Shown here: positions 13,557 through 26,697 of the stretch, one piece after another | Position numbering within the stretch: the stretch's first letter is position 1 | Layout of the letters: each line of letters begins with the position of its first letter | From: Octopus sinensis | Taxonomy: Eukaryota | DNA: 64,000 nt | Direction: 5' to 3' | Assembly: GCF_006345805.1 (NCBI RefSeq) | Contig: NC_042997.1 | Location: forward strand, 112,592,001 to 112,656,000 | Made by a program: the position numbers and the translations under genes | Notes under the pieces: generated by a model | The model's database searches: none | What the model was told of the DNA's origin: nothing | What the model saw: the letters and a program-made list of their open reading frames with translations, nothing else

Positions 13557-14180
13557 AAGGAAGATTGTATGATGTATGTGTACAAACTGCACTGTTACAT
13601 GGTAGTGAGACATGGGCTCTGGATGCAGAGAACATGCGAAGATTAGAGAGGAATGAAGCCAGTATGTTTCGTTGGATGAGCAATATTAGTGCACATGTGC
13701 AACAGGGCACTAGTGTATTGAGATAAAAGACATATGAGGAATTAGATGCAGTGTGCAAGAGAGAACGCTGCAGTGGTTTGGTCATGTGATGTGGATGGAT
13801 GAGGAACAATTGCATAAAGTGAAAGTGGATGGAAGTTGTGGAAGAGGGAGACCCAGGAGGACATGGGAGGAAGTTCTGAAGGTCTGTCTCAAAACACTGA
13901 GCCTAACAGAAGAGGTGACAGAGAAAAGAGATATGTAGCACCTTGCTGTACTCAAGAAGACCCACCCACCACATCAGAACTGAGATCCAAAAACCAAGGC
14001 ACTGGTGCTGGTGTCACATAAAAAAATGATAATGGTGCCATGTAAAAAGCATTGGTGCTGGTGCCACATAAAAAGTACCCAATACACTCTGTAAAGTTGG
14101 CATTGGGAAGGGGATCCGGCTGTAGAAACCATACCAAAATAGACTACGGAACCTGGTGTGACTCCTGGCCTTGCCAGCTA
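13557..14180 (+). mobile_element. Degenerate RTE 3' fragment
   Basis: LYDVCV...LHGSETWAL...LERNEASM and QERTLQWFGHV...GRGRPRRTWEE, with stops and frameshifts. Confidence 0.75.
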
Positions 14181-16411
14181 CTGTTGAACCTATTTCTTTA
14201 TTGCCCACAAGGGGCTAAACACAGAGGAGACAAACAAGAACAGACAGGCGGATTAAGTCGATTACATCGACCCCAGTGTGTAACTGGTACTTAATTTATT
14301 GACCCCGAAAGGATGAAAGGCAAAGCTGACCTCGGCAGAATCTGAACTCAGAACGTAACAGCAGATGAAATACGGCTACACATTTCATCTGGCGTGCTAA
14401 CATGTCTGCCAGCTCGCCGTTGAACCATCTGATCCATGCCAGCATGGAAAAACAGATGTTAATTGATGATAATGTTGATGATGATATCTTTTACTTGTTT
14501 CAGTCATTAGACTGTGCCCATGCTGGGGCAGTACTTATATTTTTTTAAGCCCATCACGTATTCTATCAGTGTCTTTTGCCAAACTGCTAAGCTGCAGGGA
14601 TGTAAACACAGCAACACTAGTTGTCAAGAGGAGGTGGGGTGGCAAACACAGACATAAAGACACACACATACACACAACAGGCTTCTTTTAGTTTCCAAAG
14701 TTTTGGTCAGCCCAAGTCCACAGTAGAAGTCACTTGCCCAAGGTGTCCAGCAGTAAGACTGAACCCAGAACCACATGGTTGGGAAGCAAACTTCTTACCA
14801 CACAGCCAGAGTTTAACCATGTTTCCATGACATATAAGTGACCAAGATTACAATTCCCTCGCCATCCTGGATGGGATGCCAGTCTGCTACAGGGTTAACT
14901 TTTCAACTATTGCTGGAACTCATTAAGAAGTGACTGGACTGGAGCAATGTGAAATGGAGTGCTTGGCTCAAGAACATAATACACCACCCAGTCCAGGAAT
15001 TGAAACCGCAATGTTACAATCATGAATACAACGCCCTAACAACTGAAGACAGAAGTGAAATAATGAAAGGTGCAGCCAAACAATATGAAATTTCAATACA
15101 GATTGATGAATAGATACATATGGATAGATAGACAGACAGACAAATATATTCATTTATTTTTTCATTCTTTTACTTGTTATAGTCATTTTGACCGTGGCCA
15201 TGCTGGAACACTGCCTTTAGTCAAACAAACTGACCCCAGAACTTCTCCTTTGTAAGTCTAGGACTTATTCTATCGGTCTCTTTTGCTGAAACTGCTAAGT
15301 TACGGGAGACGTAAACACACCAACATCAGTTGTCGAGCGATGGTGGGGGGACAAACACACACACATATGTATGTGTGTAGGGCTTCTTTCAGTTTCCATC
15401 TACCAAATCCACTCACAAAATTTTGGTAGGCTTGAGGCTATAGTAGAAAACACTTGCCCAAAGTGCCACGCAGTGGGACTGAACCCAGAACCGTGTGGTT
15501 GGCAAGCAAGCTACTTACCACACAGCCACTTCTTTCAGGTTTTGCCTACCAAATCCATTTGCAAGGATTTGGTTGGCTCTGAGCTATAGAAGCCAAGTTA
15601 CTGTACAATGGAACTGAAAACTGAACCCAAGACCACATGGTTGGGAAGCAAGCTTCATAATCACACAGTCGTCATCATCCTCGTTTAACGTCTGCTTTCC
15701 ATGCGAGCATGGGTTGGACGATTTTGACTGAGGGATGGTGAACCAGATGGCTGCACCAGGCTCTAATCTTGATCTGGCAGAGTTTCTATAGCTGGATGCC
15801 CTTCCTAACGCCAACCACACTGAGAGTGTAATGGGTGCTTTTTACATGCCACTGGCATGGGGGCCAGTCAGGCAGTACTGGCAATGACCTCGCTCGAATC
15901 TTTTTACACATGCCACCGGCACAGGTGCCAGTAAGGCGATGCTTGTAATGATCACACTTGAATGGTGCCCTTTTACGTGCCACCAGCATGGGAGCCAGTT
16001 GGCTGCTCTGGTAACGATCATGCTCAGATGGTGCTCTTGGCACCCTACAAGCACGGGCACAAGCGCCAGTAAGGCAACGCTGGTAATGATCACACTTGAA
16101 TGGCGCCCTTTTATGTGCCACTGGCACGGAAGCCGGTTAGCCGCTCTGTCAAACGATCACACTCATATGGTGCTCTTTGCACCCCGCTAGCACGGATACC
16201 AGTCATTGAATTTGCTTTTGCTGAGCTTATAAACAGTAGAAACTACTGTGGCAATATGGCTTCCTACTTCTACACAATTAAACATACAACATTGCTGAGT
16301 TCAAAAGGGGAGTAGAAGCAGTCAGTCATTCACAGAATAACAAGACAATTTAACTTGTTGATTCAATCCGCTGCCGCACTGTGTTCAGGAAAATTTGTTT
16401 TAGATACTTAC

Positions 16412-16676
16412 ACTGATGAGTAGTTTTGTTTCTATGGGGCCCTTGGTAAGATTTGCTCCTCTCGGATCAAATGTCAACTGAAAGCTAGCACTCTCTTGTG
16501 GAGGGAGATTCGTAACTTTATGAAGGTCAATTTTAAATCCCCAGTACTGCAGATGTTCATATACAATCTTGAAGGAAACTGAGAGGTTTCCACAATTAGT
16601 CAGAGTAACAGTGCGGTTGGTTATCAAACCAAGGATTACAAAGCCAAGGTCCAGTTCATAGATAGGCAAGAAGGGT
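16412..16676 (-). CDS. HYDIN: HYDIN exon 9 (PFLPIYELDLGFVILG...LTFDPRGANL...KLLIS)
   Basis: TTTTAG acceptor, GTAAGT donor, 265 nt, phase 2-0. LP.Y.LD.G.VILG and FDP.GANL motifs. Confidence 0.9.
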
Positions 16677-16985
16677 CTAAAATTAAAAAACGAAGAATAG
16701 GAACATATATAAGTCAGTGATCTCTCAATTTCACAGAAAATATACAATAATAAACGATTACAAGGAAGTTATTTTAACTATTCAATATCATCATGATAGA
16801 TCATTAGCTCCTACACGCATTTTTTTCTCTCCTTGCTTTTTTTCTGTGTATCTTTCTGTCGAAGAGCGTAGGTTCGAAACATAAAAGACTTGTTCTATTT
16901 CTATTCCTGAGCACCATACTAATACATTTGTTTGTTTGTACTCCACCTGCCTTAGTCTTTTGTTTATTTTCGTAAACCTTCCCGT

Positions 16986-17025
<40 letters not shown>

Positions 17026-17361
17026 TATATATATATAACAATTAATAAGAGGGATGACCACAAAAGTGGATTCCTAATATGCTAAAGATAGACATCAAAT
17101 CACCTTACCACAAAGAGTGTGTTAGAAAAATCTCAGCAAAAATACCAGAATGCAAAAATGAGCAGGATAAATGAAAATATACAAAATAAAACAATTACCT
17201 ACATAAACACAAAAGAGGTGACCCTAACAGGACACCTTACATGCTAGAAGGAACAGTCAAAGTCCAAACCACAGTTAAGAGCAATTTCGAAGGGAATGAA
17301 AAGTGAAAATATAAAAACATTTACAAAGATGAGACATGCTATTTATATACATATATAGATA

Positions 17362-18613
17362 TACAAGGAGATACCCCAAAGTAACCAGAAACGTTCTCTG
17401 TGGGACAAGCCCATTGTAGTTCAGGCTTCTGCTGCTAAAAGCCACTTGATGTGACCCTCAGGCATCAGTCTACCAACTGGCAGTATTGTTTTTAGTCTTA
17501 CTGCGACATGGTGCATCTTTGTTTTGCAGTGTTTCTTCCCTGTTCATTGATTTTTGTGATGGCTAAAATGAAGGGGTGACATCCGTCCATGAAATTTTGT
17601 TTTCTGCTGGAGAAAACAATAGCCAAAACAGTTGTCATGCTTCTAACAGCTTACAAGGTCACTGCCATGAGCAAAACACAAGTTTATAAGTGGTTTTCAT
17701 ACTCTAGGAATGGTCACTTGTCACTTGAAGACCAACCTCGTACAGGGCGACTGACGACCTCCCAAACGAATGAAAACAACACGAAAATTCATTAACTGAT
17801 CTTGGAGGACTGTCGCTGAACAATTGATGAACTTGTAGATAAGACTGATGTGTACAGGAGCTCATACCAACGAATTTTGAGTGAGGAGCTGCAAATGGAA
17901 AGAGTTACAGCTCAAGGAAGATCAAAGGCAGTCAAAACTGAATGCGTGTTCTGAAAGTTGATCCGGACCATTTTTCAAAGGCCATCACTGATGGCAAAAG
18001 CTGGTGTTACAGCTACAACCTGGAAACGAAACAGCAATCAACTCAATGGAAGCATTCGATGTCACCACATCCCCCAAAAAAGCATGTTAAGTGAAGTCCA
18101 GTGTCAAGATGTTGCTAATTTGTTTCATTGATGAGAAAGGAATTGTCCACTCAGAATTTGTTCTCCTGGTCAAACTGTTAACCAGACATTTTACTTGGCA
18201 GTTCTGAAGCATTTGCGAGACGTGGTGAGATGAAGATGCCCCAGCCAATGGCAAAGTGGAGAGTGGTGGTTTCATCATGCACCCCACCTTGACCAAAAAT
18301 GGCATGACCCCATTTACCCACCTTTCCTATTCCCCCGATCTTGATCCCTGCAATTTTTTTTTTGTTCCCCCAATGAAAACAGTTCTTAAAGGAAAACGTT
18401 TTGCAGATGTGGAAGAGGTGAAGAAAAGAAATGATTGAAGCATTAAAAGGCATCACTTTACAAATGTTCCAGGATTCCTTCAAACAGTGGAAAACACATC
18501 TGGACCAATGCATTGCTTCAAATGGAGAAGACTTTGAAGGCAATAAAAGTGTAAACATGTAAAAGGGAATAAAATAACATTACAAAATTCCAGTTTCTTT
18601 TGGGTAACCCCTC
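17362..18613 (+). pseudogene. Mariner (Tc1/mariner) transposon relic
   Basis: HTH segment MSKTQVYKWF...EDQPRTGR, WCYSYNLETKQQS, YSPDLDPCNFF; imperfect TIRs at 17364-17390 and 18588-18613. Confidence 0.85.
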
Positions 18614-20413
18614 ATCATCATCATCATCATCGTTTAACGTCCGCTTTCCATGCTAGCATGGGTTGGACGGTTTAAAAGGGGTATGGGAAGCCCGAAGGCT
18701 GTACCAGGCCAGTCAGATCTGGCAGTGTTTCTACAGCTTGATGCCCTTCCTAACGCCAACCACTCCGTGAGTGTAGTGGGTGCTTTTTATGTGCCACCGA
18801 CACAAGTGCCAGACAAGGCTGGCGAACGGCGTCGCTCGGATGGTGTTTTTTACGTGCCACCGGCACGGAGGCCAGGCAGGGCTGGCACAGCCACGATCGG
18901 ATGGTGTTTGTTACGTGCCACCAGCACGGAGGCCAGTCGATGCGGTGCAGGCTACGGCCACATTCGGATGGTTTTCTTATGTGCCACCGGCACTGGTACC
19001 ACAAACTACAAATTCCATTGATGTGAATCGATTTCGATTTGATTTGATTCTTCGATTTTGATTTTCACTTGCCTCAACAGGTCTTCACAAGTAGAGTTAT
19101 GTGTCCCAAGAAGGAAGGTATGCACAGGTGGACTGACTACATCCCAGGTAGGGGCCACGGGTTATGGCCTCACTTGTCCTGCCGGGTCTTCTCTCGCACA
19201 GCATACTTCCAAAGGTTTCGGTCTCTGGTCATTTCCTCGGTGAGATCTAAAGAGCGAAGGTTGTGTTTCACCACCTCATCCCAGGTTTTCCTGAGTCTAC
19301 CTCTTCCACAGGTTCCCTCAACTGCTAGGGTGTGGCACTTTTTCACACAACTATCTTCATTCATTCTTACCATGCGTCCATACCAGCGTAGACGTCTCAT
19401 TTGCACACCACAACTGATGCATCTTAGGTCCAACTTTTCTCTCAAGGCACTTACACTCTGTCGGGTATGAACACTGACATTACACATCCATCGGAGCATA
19501 CTGGCTTCATTTCTTGCGAGCTTACGCATATCCTCAGCAGTCACGGCCCATGTTTCACTGCCATGTAGCATGGCTGTTCGTACACATGCGTCATACAGTT
19601 TGCCTTTTACTCTGAGCGAAAGGACTTTTATCACCAGCAGAGGTAAGAGCTCTCTGAACTTTGCCCAGGCTATTCTTACTCTAGCAGTTACACTTTCGGC
19701 ACATCCACCCCCACTACTGACTTGATCACCTAGGTAACGGAAACTATCAACTATTTCTAGTTTTTCTCCCTGGAATGTGGCGGAAGATGGTCTCTGCGCA
19801 TTTTCAGCGTTTATTGCACCAGAGCATCTGCCACATACAAAAACTATATTCCTAGTTAGCCTTCCTTTGACATTGCTGCACCTCTTATGTGTCCATAGCT
19901 TACACTTGGTGCACCTTATAGAGTTCCTACCTACGCCTTTTCTACAGATCGAGCAGGGCCATCTACCTGAAGGCGTTTGAGATTTGTCTACCTTCCTACT
20001 TATTAGGACTTTGGTTTTAGCTAGATTGACTCTGAGGCCCTTCGATTCTAATTCTTGCTTCCACACCTGAAACTTCTCCTCGAGTTCTGATAGTGATTCA
20101 GCAATTAGAGCAAGGTCATCAGCATAGAGGAGCTCCCAGGGGCATCCTATCTTGAATTCCTCCGTTATTGCCTGGAGGACTATGATAAATAGGAGGGGGC
20201 TGAGGACTGAGCCTTGGTGGACCCCAACCTCCACCCGGAATTCTTCACTGTACACGTTGCCAACCCTCACCTTACTAACAGTGTCCCTGTACATGGCACG
20301 CACAGCTCTCACTAACCATTCATTTATCCCTAGTTTCCTCATTGACCACCAGATAACGGAACGGGGGACCCTGTCAAAGGCTTTCTCCAAGTCAACGAAA
20401 GCCAGGAACAGAG
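18613..20413 (-). mobile_element. 5'-truncated RTE-clade LINE (RT C-terminal half, 3'UTR, (GAT)n tail)
   Basis: ORF 19170..20390 with FVDLEKAFDRVPR, VHQGSVLSPLLF, LYADDL. 3'UTR with about 60-bp repeats ending CATGCTAGCATGGAAAGCGGACGTTAAACGATGATG. Confidence 0.92.
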
Positions 20414-20984
20414 TTCGTATACATATATACTTTCTCTCTTTACTCTTTTACTTGTTTCAGTCACTTGACTGCGGCCATGCTGGAGCACCGCCTTTAGTCG
20501 AGCAAATCGACCCCAGGACTTATTCTTTGGAAGCCTAGTACTTATTCTATCGGTCTCTTTTGCTGAACCGCTAAGTTACGGGAACATAAACACACCACTA
20601 TCGGTTGTCAAGCGATGTTAGGGGGACAAACACAGACACACAAACATATATACATACACATATATATACATATATGACGGGCTTCTTTCAGTTTCCATCT
20701 GCCAAATCCACTCACAGGCTATAGCAGAAGACACTTGCCCAAGGTGCCACGCAGTGGGAATGAACCCAGAACCATGTGGTTGGTAAGCAAGCTACTTACC
20801 ACACAGCCACTGCTGCGCCTTATATATATATGCATGTGTGTGTGTGTGCTTACTCTGCTATATATATATATAGCAGAGTAAGCACATAAATGTGAAACAA
20901 GGTGGAAAAATAGTATTCAAATACCGAAGGTAGAGCAAAATGCTTTATTAATAAAGTATATCATCACCATCATCATATACATAT

Positions 20985-21086
<102 letters not shown>

Positions 21087-22706
21087 GGGGAGAGAGGCGG
21101 AGGGGAGGGGGAGAGACAATGATTCAAATAAACAGCCTAAACCTTAGGTTTATTTGACCACTGTCTCCACATCCGCTCACTTGGATTCCTCTTATAGACT
21201 CTTCTTGCTGACTTGTATATAATACAATTTTATTGAACCTTCAGCTTTTTTTATATGCTAGACCACTGGTGTGAAATCGATGTTAATTAAATTAATATCT
21301 AATTTCTCACCCTCATTTTAAATTTATATATATATATATATATAGATATAGATATATTGATAGAAATGATAAGACAACAAAAGAATGAAAGAGACCTTGA
21401 TATTATGTAAATAGAGGAATTTATCTGTAAATGTAATATGTGATAATTATTCAGTAGCCATGATAAAACTCCGAGTTTCCACTCTGACATCCGAAACTCT
21501 GAGTTTTATCATGGCTACCAAATAATTGTCACATATTACATTTACAGATAAATTCCATTATATATATATATATATTATATATACTGGAATTTAGAGAATG
21601 GAGTAGGTAAACCCCAGAAGTAGGGTACACAATAAGGGGGTACCCTGCTAGCTATTCATCAGGCCAAACATACCTTGTTTAAATGAAGATTACATTGTTA
21701 TCAAGGGGTCTCATGTTAACTTGTCAGAGATTTGATCAATCAAATCTCCTGTGAGTTAACATAGGACCCCTTGATGGCAATGTAACCTTCATTTGACTAA
21801 GATATGTTTGGCCTGAGTACCCCTCATTCAGTAGTCACTAATCAAGTACTACTAACTACTAATGGAACACCCCTCGTTAAGTAATTACTACTTCCGATGT
21901 TTTGCTAGATGTGAAACATACGCAGCTTGGATTTTACCTCTTCTGAAATCGAAATCAAAGTGAAATTCAATGACGGGCACAAGCTCCATTCGAGCGTGAT
22001 CGTTGACAGAGCGGCTAACTGGCTTCTGTGCCAGTGACACATAAAAGGCACCATTCAAGTGTAATTGTTGCCAGCTTCACCTTACTGGCACTTGTACCCC
22101 GTGCTAGTAGGGTGCTAAGAGCACCATCCGAGCATGATCGTTGCCAGAGCAGCTAACTGGCTACCGTGCCAGTGGCATGTAGGAGACACCATTCGAGCGG
22201 GATGGTTACTAGCATCGCCTTACTGGCACCTGTGCCGTTGGCATGTGTAAAAAATTCTAGCGAGGTTATTGCCAGTACCGCCTGACTGGCCCCCCATGCT
22301 GGTGGCACGTAAAAAGCACCCACTACACTCTCAGAGTGGTTGGCATTAGGAAGGGCATCAAGCTGTAGAAACTCTGCTAGATCAAGACTGGAGCCTGGTG
22401 CAGCCATCTGGTTCACCAGCCCAGTCAAACCGTCCAACCCATACTAGCATGGAAAGCGGACATTAAACGATGACGATGATGATGATGTTCCCTAATTCAC
22501 ATACACAGCAACCCCAGCTACTAACTGTAAATTATAAAATAACTTTTTTCAGCTTATCAAACTTCAATATGGGAAAAACTCACAACCTTCTATGCCAATA
22601 AACCCCTACTGATACTAAAAGTTGTTTTTTATATACTCTCTATGGACTGCTTGAAGCTTACTAACTACCTACACCTTGATCCTTGGATCTTACCTTTCCA
22701 TATCAT

Positions 22707-22781
<75 letters not shown>

Positions 22782-23139
22782 AAAGTAAGTTAAAGGTTGT
22801 GAATCTAACCAACTACGGGATAGTATCTATCCAATATAGTGCTGTATATATAAAAACTCTCTAACAAAGCCAAGAGGCATACCCAAGTACCCTAATTTAT
22901 CTACAGATTTACAATACACTGAAAAGAAGGAAATAACATATGGGGTACTGGGACCTCTTGGCTGAAACAGCTGTAAGAAATTGCTCTTCTTTCTCTTTTC
23001 TCTATTCTAGAAATTACTAATACCTTACACATGTTTTCTGAACTGTTTAAAATAAATAAATGGAAATAACATAATGTCTAACAACTAATGAATAATACTT
23101 CAGGATTCCCTCCATTTCCTTCTTGCCATATATATATTT

Positions 23140-23180
<41 letters not shown>

Positions 23181-23642
23181 ATTGCCCCCCCCCCCATCAC
23201 CACTTGACAACCTGTGTTGGTGTGCTTACAACCCAGTAACTTAGTGGTTCGGCAAAAGAGACTAATAGAATGAGAACTAAGCTTTAAAAAAAATAAGCTC
23301 TGCAGTTGATTTGTTCATCTAAAACCCTTCAAGGCAGTGCTCCAGTATGGCTACAGTCAAATGACTGAAACAAGTAAGAGAATAAAAAAAACATATATAT
23401 ATATAAATAGGTGCAGGTGTGGCTGTGTGATAAGAAGCTTGCTTCCCAACCATATGGTTCTGGGTTCAGTTCCACTGCATGGCACCTTGGGCAAGTGCCT
23501 TCTGCTGTTGCCTCGGGCCAACCAAAGCCTTGTGGGTGGATTTGGTAGACAGAGACTGAAAGAAGCCCATCATATATATATATACTGAACCTGGAACCAT
23601 GTGGTTGGCAAGCAAGCTTCTTACCACACAGCCACATCTGTG

Positions 23643-23676
<34 letters not shown>

Positions 23677-23708
23677 ATCAAAATAAGCAACAAGGATATC
23701 CAAGGTAG

Positions 23709-23783
23709 TGTAGTACAATTGTTTCATGCTACTTCATTTAAGTATTACATCAGTTTTAAAATGTAGAGCACTCTTCAGCCACA
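23709..23783 (-). ncRNA. Type I hammerhead motif in left arm of a palindrome
   Basis: UGUGG-CUGAAGA-GUGCU...AGCAU-GAAA-CAAUUG-UA-CUACA. Palindromic stem III ACAAUUGU; G10.1 pairs with U (probable CpG decay). Confidence 0.7.
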
Positions 23784-23845
23784 TATAGAATTTTTTTAAT
23801 TAAATAGACAATGTTCATTTATACGTATTATACAAAAATTCTATA

Positions 23846-23933
23846 TGTGGCTGAAGAGTGCTCTACATTTTAAAACTGATGTAATACTTACATTGTTTAA
23901 TTAAATGAAGTAGCATGAAATGATTGTACTACA
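23846..23933 (+). ncRNA. Type I hammerhead motif in right arm of the same palindrome
   Basis: UGUGG-CUGAAGA-GUGCU...AGCAU-GAAA-UGAUUG-UA-CUACA. Stem III is weaker than in the left arm. Confidence 0.6.
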
Positions 23934-25529
23934 CTACCTTGGATATCTTTGTTGCTTATTTTGATTATAACCACCCGCATTTGATTTATATGGATAATAC
24001 CATACCAAATTCTGGTGCCTTTAACTTAAGTACCATATTCATCTGAATCTAAATTTTCCTGAACTTATAATACCATACATTGTATGTATATATATATATA
24101 TATATATATATTAATATTTTCTTATCTTTTATTTCACTTGTCTCAGTTATTTGACTGCAGCCATGCTGGAGCACAGCCTTTTAGTCGAACACATCGACTC
24201 CCAGGACTTATTCTTTGTAAGCTTGGTTTTTATTCTATTGGTATCTTTTGCTGAACTGCTAAGTTACGGGAACATGCACACATCAACATCAGCTGTCAAG
24301 CCCCAGTGGCGGGAACAAACACAGACACAGAGACACACACATGCATACAAACACACACATATATAAATATATATACAATGGTTTCTTTCAGTTTCCGTCT
24401 ATCAAATCCACTCACAAGGCTTTGGTCGGCCCAAGGCTACAGTAGAAGACACTTGCCCAAGGTGACACACAATGGGACTGAACCCAAAACCATGTGATTG
24501 GGAAGCAAGCTTCTTACCACACAGCCATGCCTACACCTATTTAATAAATACAAAAGTTATACATGAGCTGTTTCAACTACCATGCTCAAAACATGTAGCA
24601 TTCAGAAGAGCTTGTACAATGCATCATGTTGGATCCAGTAATCCTTCAGGCTCATGTCAAACACCACACTTTTCAAGCATAAAACTTGAAGTAGTTCACA
24701 TGTAACACCTACACTTATTAAATAAGATTTCATTCTTGCTGAATTCCCAAGAATCTGTGTTTCTTGCAGGCAATGATTGTGACAATAATGGAAATATTCA
24801 AAGAAAGTTCAATTTTTGCATTACTGACAAACCCAAAGAAAATTTTAATTGACAAAAAACCCTGAGTTTTCCAAAGATGACATCATCCAAATAAATTTAT
24901 ACACCATAACATGTACTAAGCACTTTTTTTGGCATCATTGATCAAATAAAATATGTCAACACTTGAAATATTTTTTGCTTTGTTTCAAATTTTGGCACAA
25001 GATCACTACCAGGATGATTTTTCATCTCCCTCTGATATATTCTGCTTTTGACACATCATGTCTATAAGAGATTTTATCTCAGACAAAAACTGTAGCATCT
25101 TGCCTGTGAATGGTGTATATGCATTAAGTATGATACATAAATGGCTATCTCTCTCAATCGTGAAGGCACATGGCTTAATGGTTAGGGTATTTGGCTGATG
25201 ATTGTAAGGACATCAGTTTGATAGCAGGTGGTGTGATGTATCCTTGAGCAAGATACTTAATTTCACATCACTCCAGTCAACTCTGCTGGCAAAAACTAGT
25301 AGTACCAGTAATTCAAAGGACCAGCCTTGTCACATTCTGTGTAATACTGAGTCTCTCTGAGAACTACATTAAGGGTATCCGTGTCTGTGGAGCACTCAGC
25401 CACTTGTATGTTAACTTCACGAGCTGGTTGTTCCATTGATCGGATAAACTGGGACTTTCGTCATCATAACCGATGGAGTGCCTGTTGAGTTTCTCTCAAT
25501 ATAAATTCTTGGGAAGAAATGTTGCATAC

Positions 25530-25741
25530 CTTTGTCTCCATAATTTGGAAGAATCCTTTCGAAGAATTCTGGTGTTACTATATATAATCGAAGATGCTCT
25601 CTTCTGATCCAATACAAAGGAAGGAATTTCTAAATCTGACCTGCAAATACTATCAGTCTCTGGTCCATTAATATATAAAGTCACAGCAACTCTGTCGATT
25701 TCCTTTTGTAATTCTGTCTCTTTAAAAGTTTCTTCTTGTTC
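25530..25741 (-). CDS. HYDIN: HYDIN exon 8 (EQEETFKETELQKEIDRVAV...KLWRQ)
   Basis: ATTCAG acceptor, AG|GTATGC donor, 212 nt, phase 0-2, matching the phase-2 acceptor of the next exon. This is a poorly conserved linker, so support is mainly splice phase. Confidence 0.7.
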
Positions 25742-26313
25742 CTGAATTTAGACAATGAAATAAAATCAAAAAAATTATCAAATTGAGAGAGACAAACAGA
25801 CAGACATAGATGGCATGCATGTGTGTGTGTGTGTTTGTCCCACACCACCACTTTACAACCAGTGTTGGTGTGTTTATGTCCCTGTAAATTAGAGACTGAT
25901 AGAATAAGTACCAGGCTGAGAAAAATATAAGTACTGAAGTTGATTTGTTTGACTAGAAAATCCTTCAAGGCAGTGCTCCAGCATGGCCACCATCTAATGA
26001 CTGAAACAAATAAACAGTAAAAGATATGTGTGTATGATAGGGGGGAAGCTATTTGTGTCTTCTAGTTCAGTTCCATTAATGTAATCCCGCAGCCAAAAGT
26101 TTAATGAAGTAAAAAGCACAAGTCACTTACAGCCCCTTACTTCTAACGGCTTTAATCAATCAATTAACCAAACGAAACTGCAGCCAAGTTGAAAAGCCTT
26201 TATCACGTGACCATCAGATTGGGTCACATGTCATAGTCATACAAAACACATGCAACCACAATGACAGTAAAGGCATGTGGCTTAACCCTTTCGTTATTGC
26301 ATTTATTTAGAGA

Positions 26314-26697
26314 CTAGCAGTATCGCCCGGCGTTGCTCAGGTTTGTAAGGGAAATAACTATAAAGCATTTTTAGAGAGTTATAGCCAAAAAACAGCAAAA
26401 AAATGGGAAAAAAATTATGGTAAATTTTTTTTTTAGTTAAAAAAGGTAGAGTTGCGTCCCCTAGACAGTTTGTGCTTCGTGTTTCTGATTGTCGACCCCA
26501 TGTCGAATTTATCGATTTTTTTCAGAACTGGGGGAACTTTTCAAAATTTTCACTGCGTTAGTTTTGAATTATGGCATTGGGCTATGTGTGTGTCAAGTTT
26601 CATCAGAATCGGTTGAAAGCCGTGGTCAGGGTGAGGGTACAAGCAAACAGACACACAGAAACACGCACAGACAAACTGCCGTTTATATAGAGAGAGA
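26314..26697 (-). mobile_element. Non-autonomous Helitron nested in a piggyBac MITE
   Basis: Minus strand reads TC...CTAG, inserted between A and T without TSD, GC-rich subterminal hairpin; interrupts the MITE's GAGA|TGCCCTG. Confidence 0.7.

Noticed and set aside
24740-24840. Faint hAT dimerisation-like peptide on minus strand
   Set aside because: Too short and degenerate to support.
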